Origin: Aggregatilineales bacterium
GTDB taxonomy: Bacteria > Chloroflexota > Anaerolineae > Aggregatilineales > J027
Direction: 5' to 3'
DNA: 64,000 bases
Assembly (NCBI GenBank): GCA_965215855.1
Contig: CBDCER010000001.1
Span: forward strand, 133,564 to 197,563
Position numbers and translations under genes: made by a program. Shown here in pieces: positions 29,616-40,252 of the stretch. Each line of letters begins with the position of its first letter. Position 1 is the stretch's first letter. The notes under the pieces were generated by a model. The model made no database searches. It was not told the origin of the DNA and saw only the letters and a list, made by a program, of their open reading frames with translations.

Positions 29616-31322
29616 ATGTCTACCGATGAATTCCGGCCTGATGAGCCACCCGCATTGCTCAAAGCCCGTTATCATTTGCAGGAGCAAATCGGCAAGGGGG
29701 CGATGGCAGTTGTTTATCGTGCCCATGATGAAGCATTGGCACGGGATGTAGCGATCAAATTCCTGGCTCCGCATCGCCTGTTTGATGAGACTTCCAGCCA
29801 GCGATTTTTGCGTGAAGCGCGTGCCGTCGCTCGGCTTTCGCACCCCAACATCATGTCCATTTTCGATACCGGACGCCAGGATCACTGGCATTATTTGGTG
29901 CTGGAATATATTGACGGCCAGGAACTCTATGTGGCATTGGTGGAGCAGGGCGGATCAATGGCGCTGGAAGGTGTCTTGCGGCTCTTCCGGGAAATCCTGG
30001 AGGGGCTGGCCTATGCTCACCAACAGGGGGTCATCCACCGCGATATCAAAACGCGCAATATCATGTTGACCGCAGATGGGCATGTCAAGCTGACGGATTT
30101 TGGCCTGGCATCTGTGCAGGGCGATGTGCAGTTGACGCAGGACGGCATCTTGATGGGCACGCTGCTGTATATGGCCCCGGAATTGCTGATGGGGAAAGCG
30201 GCGGACGAGGCGGCGGATTTGTATGCGGCGGGCGCGGTATGTTATGAGATGCTGGCTGGCAACCCACCGTATGAGGGGCAGACTCCAACGGCGCTGATTA
30301 CCCAGATTCTAAATTTTCCATTGCCGTCTATTCGATCTGTCAATACGACTGTGCCCGTTGTATTGGAGAAACTCATCTCGCGCTTGCTGGCGAAACGCCC
30401 GGCGGAACGCTTCCAGACGGCTGAGGAAGTGTTGATGGAATTGCGGGGGATTGAAGCATCGCTGGAACGTCCTACGGAAATTCAGGCAATTGTGCCGGAA
30501 GCACGCCTGGCGATGGGTGGTGATAGTCTGGCGGCGATTGAGGGAGAGCGGCGACGATTGGCAACGGTGATTGAAGGCACAGTTATCGAGTCGCTGAATT
30601 TGTTGTTGGCACAGGCCAGTCTCTATGAACAGAGCATGGCGGCCAATCCCCAGGCGCGGACGGCGGCATCAGTCCTGGCATCGCTGGCGCGGCAGACGTT
30701 GCAACATGCGCATGATCTGGCGGATAATCTGCATCCATTGGTGTTGGAGACGTTGGGGCTGGTGGCGGCATTGGAATCGCTGGCCGATCAGGTGCGGCGC
30801 AGTTATGGAATGCAGGTGCGGGTGCAAGTTGATGGTTTGCATGAGCGGCTTCCGGCGCAAATTGAGTTGGCACTGTATCGGGCGGCGCAGGATGCGTTGG
30901 ATCGGGCGGCGCGTCATGCGCGTGCGTCGCAGATTGTGGTGACACTGGCGTATGAGGAGCCACAGTTGAATTTGCGATTGGCCGATAATGGCGCGATTAC
31001 GACGGGGTTGGATATGCTGCGGTTGGCACGCCAGCGGATTGAGGGATTGGGAGGGCAATTGGCGACGACGTTGCAGCCCGATGGCGGTCTGGTGATTGAC
31101 ATTAGTCTGCAATTGACCCCACCCATAAATCTGACGCCGCGTGAGAGTGAGGTGTTGGCGTTGTTGGTGGAGGGTATGACCAGCAAGGCGATTGCTCATG
31201 AACTCGGCATCAGCCCGCGTACAGTGAATTATCACCTGGACAATATGTATGCGAAGTTGGGTGTCAATTCACGGACAGAAGCAGTGGTGTTGGCGATGCG
31301 GTATGGGCTGGTGGGGAATTAA
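29616..31322 (+). CDS. Ser/Thr kinase - degenerate HisKA_3/HATPase - LuxR HTH fusion
   Basis: Kinase (GKGAMA, HRDIKTRN, DFG); NarX-like core (ERRRLA, LHPLVLETLGLVAAL, LYRAAQDAL, LADNG); LuxR (LTPRESEVL...ISPRTVNYH). Confidence 0.88.
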   Translation: MSTDEFRPDEPPALLKARYHLQEQIGKGAMAVVYRAHDEALARDVAIKFLAPHRLFDETSSQRFLREARAVARLSHPNIMSIFDTGRQDHWHYLVLEYIDGQELYVALVEQGGSMALEGVLRLFREILEGLAYAHQQGVIHRDIKTRNIMLTADGHVKLTDFGLASVQGDVQLTQDGILMGTLLYMAPELLMGKAADEAADLYAAGAVCYEMLAGNPPYEGQTPTALITQILNFPLPSIRSVNTTVPVVLEKLISRLLAKRPAERFQTAEEVLMELRGIEASLERPTEIQAIVPEARLAMGGDSLAAIEGERRRLATVIEGTVIESLNLLLAQASLYEQSMAANPQARTAASVLASLARQTLQHAHDLADNLHPLVLETLGLVAALESLADQVRRSYGMQVRVQVDGLHERLPAQIELALYRAAQDALDRAARHARASQIVVTLAYEEPQLNLRLADNGAITTGLDMLRLARQRIEGLGGQLATTLQPDGGLVIDISLQLTPPINLTPRESEVLALLVEGMTSKAIAHELGISPRTVNYHLDNMYAKLGVNSRTEAVVLAMRYGLVGN

Positions 31323-31379
31323 TGTGACTCGGCTCCCCTGCCAATCTGAGGCAAGAGAGCCTGTGTATTCTGCGGTTTA

Positions 31380-32552
31380 CTATGTGCGGGGACGGCGTGC
31401 CCAGGCGGGCAGGTCAGTGCGATAGTTGCCGCTGCTGTAGACATAGACCCAGGCTGCACCGTCGCTCTGCGCGTCAGCACTCCATTGGTAGAGCCACCAC
31501 GAGTCCATGATCGACAGGTTGACGCAGCCGTGTGATTGACGATAGCCGAAACCGTCATGCCAGTATGTGCCATGCAGGGCGATGTCGTTGTCGAAATACA
31601 TGACCCAGGGCACGTTCTCGATGAAGTAGAAATCGGGCTGGCCGCTGGCTCCTGTCATGGGTGTTGACGTGGCGCGGATATAGACTTCAAACAGCCCCTC
31701 ATTGGTAGACCATTGGGGCAAGCCACTGGAAATCAGGGTGGCGAAGACCATACGGTCCCCTTCGTAGGCAGTAGCGGTTTGCTCGAATAGATCAATGGCT
31801 ACCCAATAATCGGCGGGGCTAACGCCTTCGGGACGCTCGACAGCTTTGAGGCGAGCCACACGGGTTTGCTGGAGCCATTGGCCGGGCGCGACCAGATACC
31901 ATTCCCAACCGTCTACAATTTCCGTGCCGTAGATCGTCATGAGCGTGTATTGTCGGATGCGCGGCAAGTCAGGGTTTTCGGGGCCGCCAGGGAAGCTGCT
32001 GGCGCGGGCGGCGGCAACCATCCAGGCATAATTGCGCGTCAGTGGGCCGTTGATTTCAACGCCAGCTAGCTCAGATACATCAGCGTCCTCAATGTTTTCG
32101 CTGCGAACCCAATGGCCGTTGCTCATCTGTACCCAGCCATCAATGACTTGGCGAATGGAGACGTAATTGTAGCCCTGGTCAATATGACCGACGATGTTAC
32201 CGTTGGGGGCGTCGTAGAAATCGACGCTACCGACGATACGGCGAAAGCGACGTTGGTAGAGAATGTCATCGCGGATTTCCACTGGTTGCACTTCAGGGGT
32301 CGGATAGCGTTGCATGGCGGCGTGGGCGGCCCGCATCTCCAGGGCACTCATGCCGGGAGCAGTTAGGCAGTCGGGTGCTTCGACTTCCTGACCGGTTTCG
32401 AGGGCCAGCAACGATTGGGCAACCAACGCATCGCAGTCCTCATCGGCTTCGTCGCCGGGGTAGGCCAGCGCGTTTTCAGACTGTGGGATGTGGGGAATAG
32501 TGAATACACTTATCAGCAATGTCAGCAGCAATAGTTTCCTGAACACAACCAA
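31380..32552 (-). CDS. Secreted L,D-transpeptidase (YkuD) domain protein
   Basis: Signal peptide; IDLFEQT, ISSG, ALHGTYWH...SHGCVNL catalytic motif. Confidence 0.88.
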   Translation of the reverse strand: MVVFRKLLLLTLLISVFTIPHIPQSENALAYPGDEADEDCDALVAQSLLALETGQEVEAPDCLTAPGMSALEMRAAHAAMQRYPTPEVQPVEIRDDILYQRRFRRIVGSVDFYDAPNGNIVGHIDQGYNYVSIRQVIDGWVQMSNGHWVRSENIEDADVSELAGVEINGPLTRNYAWMVAAARASSFPGGPENPDLPRIRQYTLMTIYGTEIVDGWEWYLVAPGQWLQQTRVARLKAVERPEGVSPADYWVAIDLFEQTATAYEGDRMVFATLISSGLPQWSTNEGLFEVYIRATSTPMTGASGQPDFYFIENVPWVMYFDNDIALHGTYWHDGFGYRQSHGCVNLSIMDSWWLYQWSADAQSDGAAWVYVYSSGNYRTDLPAWARRPRT

Positions 32553-32697
32553 CTAACTCCAATAGATCAATGACAATAGAGTTGCAAGCATAATGGATAA
32601 AATATGGATGCGTAAAGGGGCTATTATCCTACGTTTTTCGGGCGGGGATTTAACAGCAAGAGTAGAGGTTGTCCACTCCTGCTGCCGTTTCTGAGCA

Positions 32698-34209
32698 TTA
32701 TTGGATCAACGGAACCACGTCGTAGTCGCCCCGGAAATAGATATTGCCAGATTGTATCCAGACGAGACCGAGTGGGGTATCGAGTTGGTACATCGTCCAG
32801 TCGGCGTTGCGTCCGGTGATGACGTATTCGGTGTTGATGGGCAGAAACCCAACCTCTCCGGTTATGTTGGCGCTGCTATAGACCGGAACCGTGCGGCGTG
32901 TAACGGCGGTGGCGGGTGCGATGGGGCCGACGGGTTGGGTGGCGATGGGCACGAGGTTGACATCGCCCCTGAACAAGATGTAGCGAGTGCGAACCCAACC
33001 GACACCCCAATCGCCTTCGACGCGCCACCAGACGCCATCGGGACTGACACCGGTGACAGGGAGAACATCGCCGCCAGCGACGGTGGCGAGGATGGTATAT
33101 TGTGCGCCGGGGCCGCTGCGAACGTTGAGGCGATAGGCATTGATCACCACATGATTGAAAATGCGAGGTGTGTCGTCAACGACAGGTATAGCGGCCATGT
33201 TGCCATTGAGTGTGATGCCGCTGAAGACCATCCAGACTTGGTTTGCACCGGCCAGCACCTTCAGCCATAGACCATCGGAGCTGCGACCTAGCACGCCGAC
33301 TTCCGTGCCTCGTCCGCCATCCAGCATCACGACGCCGAAACTAGGCGTGGCATAGAACAATTTGCGGTCGATAATGACGGTGGCGGTGGCGTGTGCTAGG
33401 CCATCGGCAGCCGGACCAGCGGTGGTGTCGCCAGTACGTAGTGGGATGTTGCTGGCAGCTCCAGCGATGCTGACGTTCCCGACGCTGATCCAGCCCAAAC
33501 CTGCGCCTTGGACAGCAACCATCCAGCGGGTATTGTCAGCGTTGCGCCCGACGATAGGTGTTGTCGTTCCAGCGGGCAGTGTGGCGAAGACCTGTCCAGC
33601 CTCGCTGTAAACTGGCTGGTCGCTGTGGAGTTGGACGGTGGGGCCGCCAAAGCCAGGACCGGGGTCCCTGATGTATGGAATGCCTTCTAATGAGCCACGC
33701 CGGACGATAGTCCCTGTGTTGACAAAGCCGACGATTGCGCCGAAGGTGACCTGGAACCATGCGCCGTCACCTGTTTGGCCGATGATCTCTGCCGAACTGC
33801 CGCTGGGGATGATGGCAACCACGAATGAGTTGGCGTTGGGATTGGTATAGACTTTGGCAGGGCCATAGGCAGCGACGGCCAGCGTTGGACTGGTGATGGT
33901 TATGCCTGCGGGATCAGAAGTGATGGGGATACTATTCCGGTCACCACGAAAAACAGTGATACGCGTGCTGATCCAGCCTGTACCAAAGGCAGAATCGACG
34001 CGCCACCAGCCGGTTCCGCTGCGCCCGGAGACATTTAAGACTGTGCCACCCTGGACGACGCCAAGGACACTGGTGGCGGTGGAGGGGCCACTCCGTATAT
34101 TGGCTTCGCCGCTGATGACCGTGACGGTATTGCTCTCCTGTGCGTAAACGGGGAGAGCTGCTAAAACGATTAATAAGAAGATGAAAAGCCCTTGAAGTAT
34201 GCGTTTCAT
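32698..34209 (-). CDS. Secreted multi-SH3 (SH3_3) repeat protein
   Basis: Signal peptide; about six repeats such as ANIRSGP...GRSGTGWWRV...GWI and LNVRSGP...GWV. Confidence 0.82.
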   Translation of the reverse strand: MKRILQGLFIFLLIVLAALPVYAQESNTVTVISGEANIRSGPSTATSVLGVVQGGTVLNVSGRSGTGWWRVDSAFGTGWISTRITVFRGDRNSIPITSDPAGITITSPTLAVAAYGPAKVYTNPNANSFVVAIIPSGSSAEIIGQTGDGAWFQVTFGAIVGFVNTGTIVRRGSLEGIPYIRDPGPGFGGPTVQLHSDQPVYSEAGQVFATLPAGTTTPIVGRNADNTRWMVAVQGAGLGWISVGNVSIAGAASNIPLRTGDTTAGPAADGLAHATATVIIDRKLFYATPSFGVVMLDGGRGTEVGVLGRSSDGLWLKVLAGANQVWMVFSGITLNGNMAAIPVVDDTPRIFNHVVINAYRLNVRSGPGAQYTILATVAGGDVLPVTGVSPDGVWWRVEGDWGVGWVRTRYILFRGDVNLVPIATQPVGPIAPATAVTRRTVPVYSSANITGEVGFLPINTEYVITGRNADWTMYQLDTPLGLVWIQSGNIYFRGDYDVVPLIQ

Positions 34210-34418
34210 TGAAAATTTCCTTTGGGCTGTCTGATGCAATTTTCATTAAGTATACGTCAGGCGCAGATAACCGCCAACAGGCCGATTAGGTTTGTTGGTT
34301 CAGGTTAGAGTCGGGAGAGCGTCGGTCTATCGACCCTGGTGCAATGCCAGAACATCGCTATACTGGTTCCGGTTTTTCTATATAAGAATCAAGCTATATT
34401 GATGTGAGGATTATTTTT

Positions 34419-36509
34419 ATGACAGGTGCATTTCGCTGGTTGCGGCGCGGGTTGACGATTCTGTTTATTGCCGGGGCGCTGGTGGGGTCTGTAATGTTTG
34501 TGGTGGTGACCACATCGGGCATCATGGAAGAAATTGATCTTCGGCGGGAACAGAACGAAAGAGATGCGAACCGACGCGAAACTGCAACCGCAGTGCAACC
34601 GATCATTGCGGCTGAATCGCAATCATTAGTCGAGTATCAGATGGATGATTTACAACTTCCTCCTGCGGTTGAGGAGACTCTGCCAGCAACTGCGGTGTCG
34701 CCGTCGCCAACACCATCACTGTCGCCGAGTGAGGAGGCAACGGGAGTCTTGGCTGTCATGGAGACGACGCAACCGACCGAAGCAGTGGGTCCAACTGATG
34801 CTATCGAATTGACTGATGAACCTCCCACTGATGTAGCACCGCTGGTAAGTGAGACGGATGTGCCGACTGATGAGCCGCCGACTGTTGAGCGATCTTCGCC
34901 AACAATGGCAATTGTGGCGACGACGGCTGTGATTCCGACGATAACTCCTCCGTCTTCATCTACACCCCTACCAACAGTAACCAATACGACGACACACACC
35001 CCCACTGTCATATTTTCGCCAACCGTGGTGGCGCAAGACCCACCAACGGCGTTCCCTACGAATACCGTGCCACCATCGGCCTTGCCGACCAATACGCCAT
35101 TCCCCACGAACACAGCCACGCCGACGGATACGTTTACACCAACCAATACGGCTACAGCGACCAACACAGCCACGCCCACACCGACGTATACACCGTCCAA
35201 TACGCCCACCGCAACACCGACACCACGCCCAACACTGGTGATTGAGGGGACGTATGTGACGCCGTTTTATACCCCGATTGCACCGATTCCTTTTCGGGCG
35301 GAGCTGGTTGAAGACGACCCCGACATTGTGAACATCTTATTGCTAGGATCGGATGTGGGGAGTTCATTGGCGCGTACCGATGTCATCATTGTGGTGTCAC
35401 TCAACAAGAATACGGGAACAGTGGCGATGTGGCATATCCCCCGCGACTTGCTGGTGTATATCCCTGGTGACACCATTCAACGCATTAATCTGGTTTTTCA
35501 GATTGGGCAACAAAATGCCTGGCCTGGCGGTGGGCCGGCGTTAATGCGCGAGATGTTTCTGTATAACTTTGGCCTGGAAATCGACCATTATGCACGAGTG
35601 GATTTTGATGATTTTAGAGCGATTATCGACCAGTTGGGCAACCTGACGGTATCGGTAGATTGCCAGATTACGGATTGGCGGCAGCTAGATGAAGATATGC
35701 CGTTGAGTGTGGCCGCGACTAATGAGGAATATTGGGAGGAGTATACGCTGCCGGTGGGCGTGCATGAACTCAGTCCCTATATGGCATTGTGGTATGCACG
35801 CAGCCGCGTGACAACAAGCGACCTGGATCGTGGCCGCCGCCAGATGGATTTGTTGCGGGCAATATGGCGACAGGCGCGCGCTAATGGTTTGTTTGACCAG
35901 GTATTGACGCTGTGGCCACAGGCATTGGAAATTGTCGATACGGACATGGCGCTTGAAGATGTCTTGAGTCTGGTTCCGCTGGCAGTCTCATTGGATCCGG
36001 CCCGAATTGAGCGTTTTAGTATGCGCCAGGGTGTTCACATGGAAAGCTGGCTGACACCCGATGATGGCCGCTCGGTCTTCTTGCCGAATTATCCGGCGAT
36101 TCGGTCTTTGGTGCAGGACTTTGTGACACCGTCCAGCCAGAATCGGTTGGCGCGTGAATCGTCACGAGTTGTAGTTGATGATGGCACGCTATATGGCCTG
36201 GGTTGGGGGCAGGTGGCGGCGGATCGCCTGGCCTGGGAAGGCTTTGCAGCAGATGTGGCCGTGTTGCAAAACCGGCATGATGTGACGTTGATTTATGATT
36301 ATACGGGTGAGACTAAAGGCAGTGAACTGGAACGCTTGCAAGAAATTATGCGGGTGGGGAATGCTAGCATCATTGCGGAACCTGACCCTGATCGAGTATA
36401 TGACTATCGAGTCGTGGTAGGGCGTACCTATAATTCCTGTTATCGTGGTTCCAGCACTGATGAAGTTGTGATTCCTGACGTGCCGCCGGCGGTTTCTGGT
36501 CAGGAGTGA
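34419..36509 (+). CDS. LCP (LytR-CpsA-Psr) family protein with Pro/Thr-rich stalk
   Basis: N-terminal TM, TPT-rich linker, NILLLGSD, RTDVII, IPRDLLV, YARSR...SDLDRGRRQ. Confidence 0.9.
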   Translation: MTGAFRWLRRGLTILFIAGALVGSVMFVVVTTSGIMEEIDLRREQNERDANRRETATAVQPIIAAESQSLVEYQMDDLQLPPAVEETLPATAVSPSPTPSLSPSEEATGVLAVMETTQPTEAVGPTDAIELTDEPPTDVAPLVSETDVPTDEPPTVERSSPTMAIVATTAVIPTITPPSSSTPLPTVTNTTTHTPTVIFSPTVVAQDPPTAFPTNTVPPSALPTNTPFPTNTATPTDTFTPTNTATATNTATPTPTYTPSNTPTATPTPRPTLVIEGTYVTPFYTPIAPIPFRAELVEDDPDIVNILLLGSDVGSSLARTDVIIVVSLNKNTGTVAMWHIPRDLLVYIPGDTIQRINLVFQIGQQNAWPGGGPALMREMFLYNFGLEIDHYARVDFDDFRAIIDQLGNLTVSVDCQITDWRQLDEDMPLSVAATNEEYWEEYTLPVGVHELSPYMALWYARSRVTTSDLDRGRRQMDLLRAIWRQARANGLFDQVLTLWPQALEIVDTDMALEDVLSLVPLAVSLDPARIERFSMRQGVHMESWLTPDDGRSVFLPNYPAIRSLVQDFVTPSSQNRLARESSRVVVDDGTLYGLGWGQVAADRLAWEGFAADVAVLQNRHDVTLIYDYTGETKGSELERLQEIMRVGNASIIAEPDPDRVYDYRVVVGRTYNSCYRGSSTDEVVIPDVPPAVSGQE

Positions 36510-36527
36510 GACTGATAGTTGATGAAG

Positions 36528-36569
36528 CACAAAGCCCCTTGCCGGGAATATTGGTGAGGGGTTTTTGTG
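36528..36569. terminator. Probable bidirectional terminator
   Basis: CACAAAGCCCCTTGCC...GGTGAGGGGTTTTTGTG between convergent genes. Confidence 0.65.
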
Positions 36570-36585
36570 TTAATAGGAATGCGAA

Positions 36586-38835
36586 TCAATGTTGCCAGTC
36601 GGGCAGGAAGTCACCTAGGGGGTTGCCGATGGGACTGAGGAGTTCTTCGGCAATGTTGTACCGGTAGAGGCCGTGGACGCTATTTTGTTCCCGTTGGAAG
36701 ATGATTGCTGTGCCGTCGGGCGACCAATCGGGAAAGCTGTCGTTTACGCTGAGGGGCATGAGTGGATGGAGATTCTGCCCATCACTGTCTACCAGAAAGA
36801 CTTGCGTGAAGTCGTCTTGTCGGACATGAAAGGCAAGCTGGCGACCGTCGGGTGACCAGGTGGGGAAGTAGGCATTGTCCAGGCTATCAGGTGAAATTTG
36901 CTGGCGGTTGGAACCGTCGGTAGCGATGGTGAAGATGCGATAAGCACCGTTGACGTAGCTATGAAAGGCGATATGTGTGCCATCGGGTGACCAATCTGGC
37001 CCTAAATCATCCATACTATTAAAGGTAACTTGTGTGACCGAGCCGTCTGAAAACTGGTAGATGTAAAGTTCGTAGTCCCGGCTGCCATCGACTGCGCCAG
37101 AACGGTCACTGTGGAACGCCAGGCGCGTGCCATCAGGCGACCAGGTGACATAACGATCATCGGTATCCAGAGAATTGGTCAGATTAACCAGGTTGGAACC
37201 ATCGGCGTCCATGAGATAAACATCGGCGTTGCCAGTGATGCTTTCGTAGGCATAGAACGCGATAAAACTGCCATCGGGCGACCAGGCAGGGCCAGTCTGG
37301 TGCAAATCTTCGTTAGCCGTTAATTGCTGGCGAATGGATACGCCGTCCAGGCTGGTGATGAAGATATTGAGAGAACCCGTGCGATGAGAGGAATAGGCGA
37401 TCAGTTGATCCGAGATACCGGTGAGGTTGGCGTCGGGAGTGTGGGGCGGTACGTCGGTCACGGTGGGAGCGAAGGTAAGCGGTAAGACACTGCTATCGGC
37501 GGTAGGCTGTATTGAACCATCGTTATCATCATTCGCTGAATTGAATGGATCTAGGGCGTAGATGGCGAGTGCCCCGCAGGATAGGGTGATGAGCAGTACA
37601 CCGATGATGATCAGCGTGGCCGTTTTCGGCCCCCGATAGCGTTGGCTGGCTCTGCGAAGAAAGGGCCGGACAACTGGTTGGCGTTGGAACCGGAGAAATG
37701 GTAGTGTTCGGGCGGCAGAGGGCGTGCTGCCTATTTGTGCGGCAGGTTCGTTGGAATGCTGGATAGCCTGAAGCGTTTTGGCGCGTAATGGATTCTTGTT
37801 TAGTGTGGGAGAGTCAACGCCATCTGCAATAGAAGGGGGATGGGCGGATGTAATGGTTTTGGCGATGGCCGAGTCTGGGGGGGCTGCTTGGCGGACGAAT
37901 TGCGAAACTTCAGGCAAGCTCAAAGCTTCTGGCGGGGACTCATCGATTGATTGAGGGAGCGGTGTTAGATCGGACGGGTCTGCACCGATGGCTTCCGCAA
38001 TCATGTCATAGACATCAAGGACATTGGAGATGCGATGAGTCGGATTTTTGGCGAGGCACCGAATCACGACATCATCAACCGCTTCGGGAATGTTGGGTTC
38101 TATGGCGTGAAGCGGGGTGGGTGGAAGGTGTAGATGCTCGTAGGTAATGCGCTCGGATTTGGTACTGCCCTGGGCCGCCGGATGACTGCCGGAAAAGGGC
38201 ACGCTGCCAGTTAACATTTGGTAGATGAGGACTCCCAACGAATAGACATCGGCGGTGGGCGTGATGTCGCCGCTGGTGATTTGTTCTGGTGACATATATA
38301 GTGGCGTGCCAAGTGCTTGACTGGATGTGCCGGAGAGGGTGGCGTCGTCTAGCAAGCGAGCGATGCCGAAATCGGTGACGAGCAGATTGCCGTTTTCGTG
38401 GACCATGATGTTGCCCGGCTTCAGATCACGGTGGATCACGCCTTCGCCATGCGCGAAATGCAGGGCAGACGTCAGAGGTTTCAATAACTCAAAGACTTCA
38501 CGGGTATTCAGCGGGCGGCCAGCTTTGTAGAGGCGGGCCTGGAGCGTTTCACCCGGCACATAATCCATAAGGATGAAGACGGTTTCATCGCTTTCGACCA
38601 AATCGTAGTAGCGCACGATGTTTGGGTGCTGGAGACGGGCCAGGACTTCGCCTTCGCGCCGGAAACGCTCTAAGAAGGTGGGTTCTTGGGCGTTATCGAC
38701 TCGCAGAACTTTGGCGGCAAGGTCTACATTGCGGCGTGTATCGTGAACGCGGTACACTTTTGCGAATGTGCCTTCGCCCAGACAAATATCAAAGCGGTAA
38801 CGCTCCGCGATGGTTTGGCCCGTCAGATCGGTCAT
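36586..38835 (-). CDS. Membrane Ser/Thr kinase with C-terminal TolB-like (PD40) propeller
   Basis: GEGTFA, HRDLKPGN, DFGIA; one TM; repeated WSPDG motifs. Start placed at MTDLTGQT. Confidence 0.9.
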   Translation of the reverse strand: MTDLTGQTIAERYRFDICLGEGTFAKVYRVHDTRRNVDLAAKVLRVDNAQEPTFLERFRREGEVLARLQHPNIVRYYDLVESDETVFILMDYVPGETLQARLYKAGRPLNTREVFELLKPLTSALHFAHGEGVIHRDLKPGNIMVHENGNLLVTDFGIARLLDDATLSGTSSQALGTPLYMSPEQITSGDITPTADVYSLGVLIYQMLTGSVPFSGSHPAAQGSTKSERITYEHLHLPPTPLHAIEPNIPEAVDDVVIRCLAKNPTHRISNVLDVYDMIAEAIGADPSDLTPLPQSIDESPPEALSLPEVSQFVRQAAPPDSAIAKTITSAHPPSIADGVDSPTLNKNPLRAKTLQAIQHSNEPAAQIGSTPSAARTLPFLRFQRQPVVRPFLRRASQRYRGPKTATLIIIGVLLITLSCGALAIYALDPFNSANDDNDGSIQPTADSSVLPLTFAPTVTDVPPHTPDANLTGISDQLIAYSSHRTGSLNIFITSLDGVSIRQQLTANEDLHQTGPAWSPDGSFIAFYAYESITGNADVYLMDADGSNLVNLTNSLDTDDRYVTWSPDGTRLAFHSDRSGAVDGSRDYELYIYQFSDGSVTQVTFNSMDDLGPDWSPDGTHIAFHSYVNGAYRIFTIATDGSNRQQISPDSLDNAYFPTWSPDGRQLAFHVRQDDFTQVFLVDSDGQNLHPLMPLSVNDSFPDWSPDGTAIIFQREQNSVHGLYRYNIAEELLSPIGNPLGDFLPDWQH

Positions 38836-38902
38836 TTTTACATCGTCCTCGCTGATGAGTTTAGGCGGCGGCGGCACGACTGTCAACATAGAAGGGACAA
38901 AT

Positions 38903-40219
38903 ATGGCGCGTATTCTTATCAGCGTTTTGCCCGCGTCGGGGCATGTCAATCCTCTGGTGGCGATTGCCCAGGCATTGCAGCGAAATAGGCACGAGATAAC
39001 GGTAGCGACGGATGTGTCGTATCGGGAGCAACTGGCGCGTATTGATCTGGATTTGTTGCCGTTGCCTTATCCGCCGGGAGCAGTTGGGCGGTTGTTGAAA
39101 GCGTTCCAGAAACCGGCACGATGGCTTGTACAGTTGCAACCGAAGCCCGCCCAGATGTATTTCCTCGATCATCTGGACGTGTTGACAGCGGCTTTGATTG
39201 AACGAATACAGCAATATCGACCGGATGTGTTGCTGAGCGATTTGAACTTTTATGCCGGGCCAATTGCAGCCGAGGTGTGCGGGCTGCCGTATGCTAGTTT
39301 TTGCGCGATTGTGAACACCTTGCACACGCCGGATGTGCCACTGTATGGATTGGGGAGCGACTGGCATCCGTCAGGCGATGTGCGGCGTTTATTGTGGCGA
39401 GTGTTGCGCCTGCCAGTGGGCATGGTGTGGGGTCGCTATGACCAGGTTATCAATAGCGTGCGACGGGATAATGGCTTGAAACCAGTGCGAAATGGGATGC
39501 TGCAATATTCGCCCTATCTGGGGCTAGTGCCGACGACGGAAGCTTATGCCTATCCACGCCGGGTTGTACCGCCCCAGATACATTATGTGGGGCCAGTGAC
39601 ATCGGCCAATCGGGGCGAGACACATGATGACTTTCCGTGGGAGTGGCTGGATGATGAACGCCCGATGTTGTATGTGTCGATGGGCACGATTGTCGGCGGG
39701 GTGAAGGTGTTCCAGGCGGTGATTGAGTTGGCACGTGGGGCAGCCTGGAAGGCGGTGCTGGCAGTGGGGCGCAATACGGATGTGGGGCAGTTTGCCGATG
39801 CGCCGGAGAATGTGCTGGTGCGAAATTTTGTGCCGCAACTGGCGGTGTTGAAACGGGTCGATGCGGTTATCAGTCATGGGGGCAATAACACCGTGACGGA
39901 TACACTGCTGCATGGCTTACCACTGGTGGTGATTCCGTTCAGCGCAGATCAGCCGGAATCAGCGGCGCGGGTCAAGGCAGCGGGGGCAGGTATTCGTATC
40001 CGGCCAGGGTTGGCGCATGGGGAACGGTTGCGGCGGGCGATTGAGGCGGTGTTGCATGATCCGGCTTATCGACAGGCGGCACAGTCCATCCAGGCCAGTT
40101 ATGTGGCGTGTGATGGGGCGGCGACGAGTGCGCGTCTGGTGGGGAAGTTAGCAGCAACGGGAAAACCAGTCTACCGGCAGAGTGCGAGGGTGGGGAATCA
40201 AAGCGACGAGGCCAGTTGA
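38903..40219 (+). CDS. GT1/MGT-family glycosyltransferase
   Basis: PASGHVNP, YVSMGT, FVPQ, ISHGGNNT, PFSADQ. Confidence 0.9.
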   Translation: MARILISVLPASGHVNPLVAIAQALQRNRHEITVATDVSYREQLARIDLDLLPLPYPPGAVGRLLKAFQKPARWLVQLQPKPAQMYFLDHLDVLTAALIERIQQYRPDVLLSDLNFYAGPIAAEVCGLPYASFCAIVNTLHTPDVPLYGLGSDWHPSGDVRRLLWRVLRLPVGMVWGRYDQVINSVRRDNGLKPVRNGMLQYSPYLGLVPTTEAYAYPRRVVPPQIHYVGPVTSANRGETHDDFPWEWLDDERPMLYVSMGTIVGGVKVFQAVIELARGAAWKAVLAVGRNTDVGQFADAPENVLVRNFVPQLAVLKRVDAVISHGGNNTVTDTLLHGLPLVVIPFSADQPESAARVKAAGAGIRIRPGLAHGERLRRAIEAVLHDPAYRQAAQSIQASYVACDGAATSARLVGKLAATGKPVYRQSARVGNQSDEAS

Positions 40220-40252
40220 CCTCGCCGCCAAGTCAGAGGGGGAATCTGCGGA

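Noticed and set aside
35040-35235. Repetitive ACC/ACG/CCG-rich DNA as a tandem repeat or CRISPR array
   Set aside because: Explained by the Pro/Thr-rich coding linker of the LCP protein; no repeat-spacer structure.
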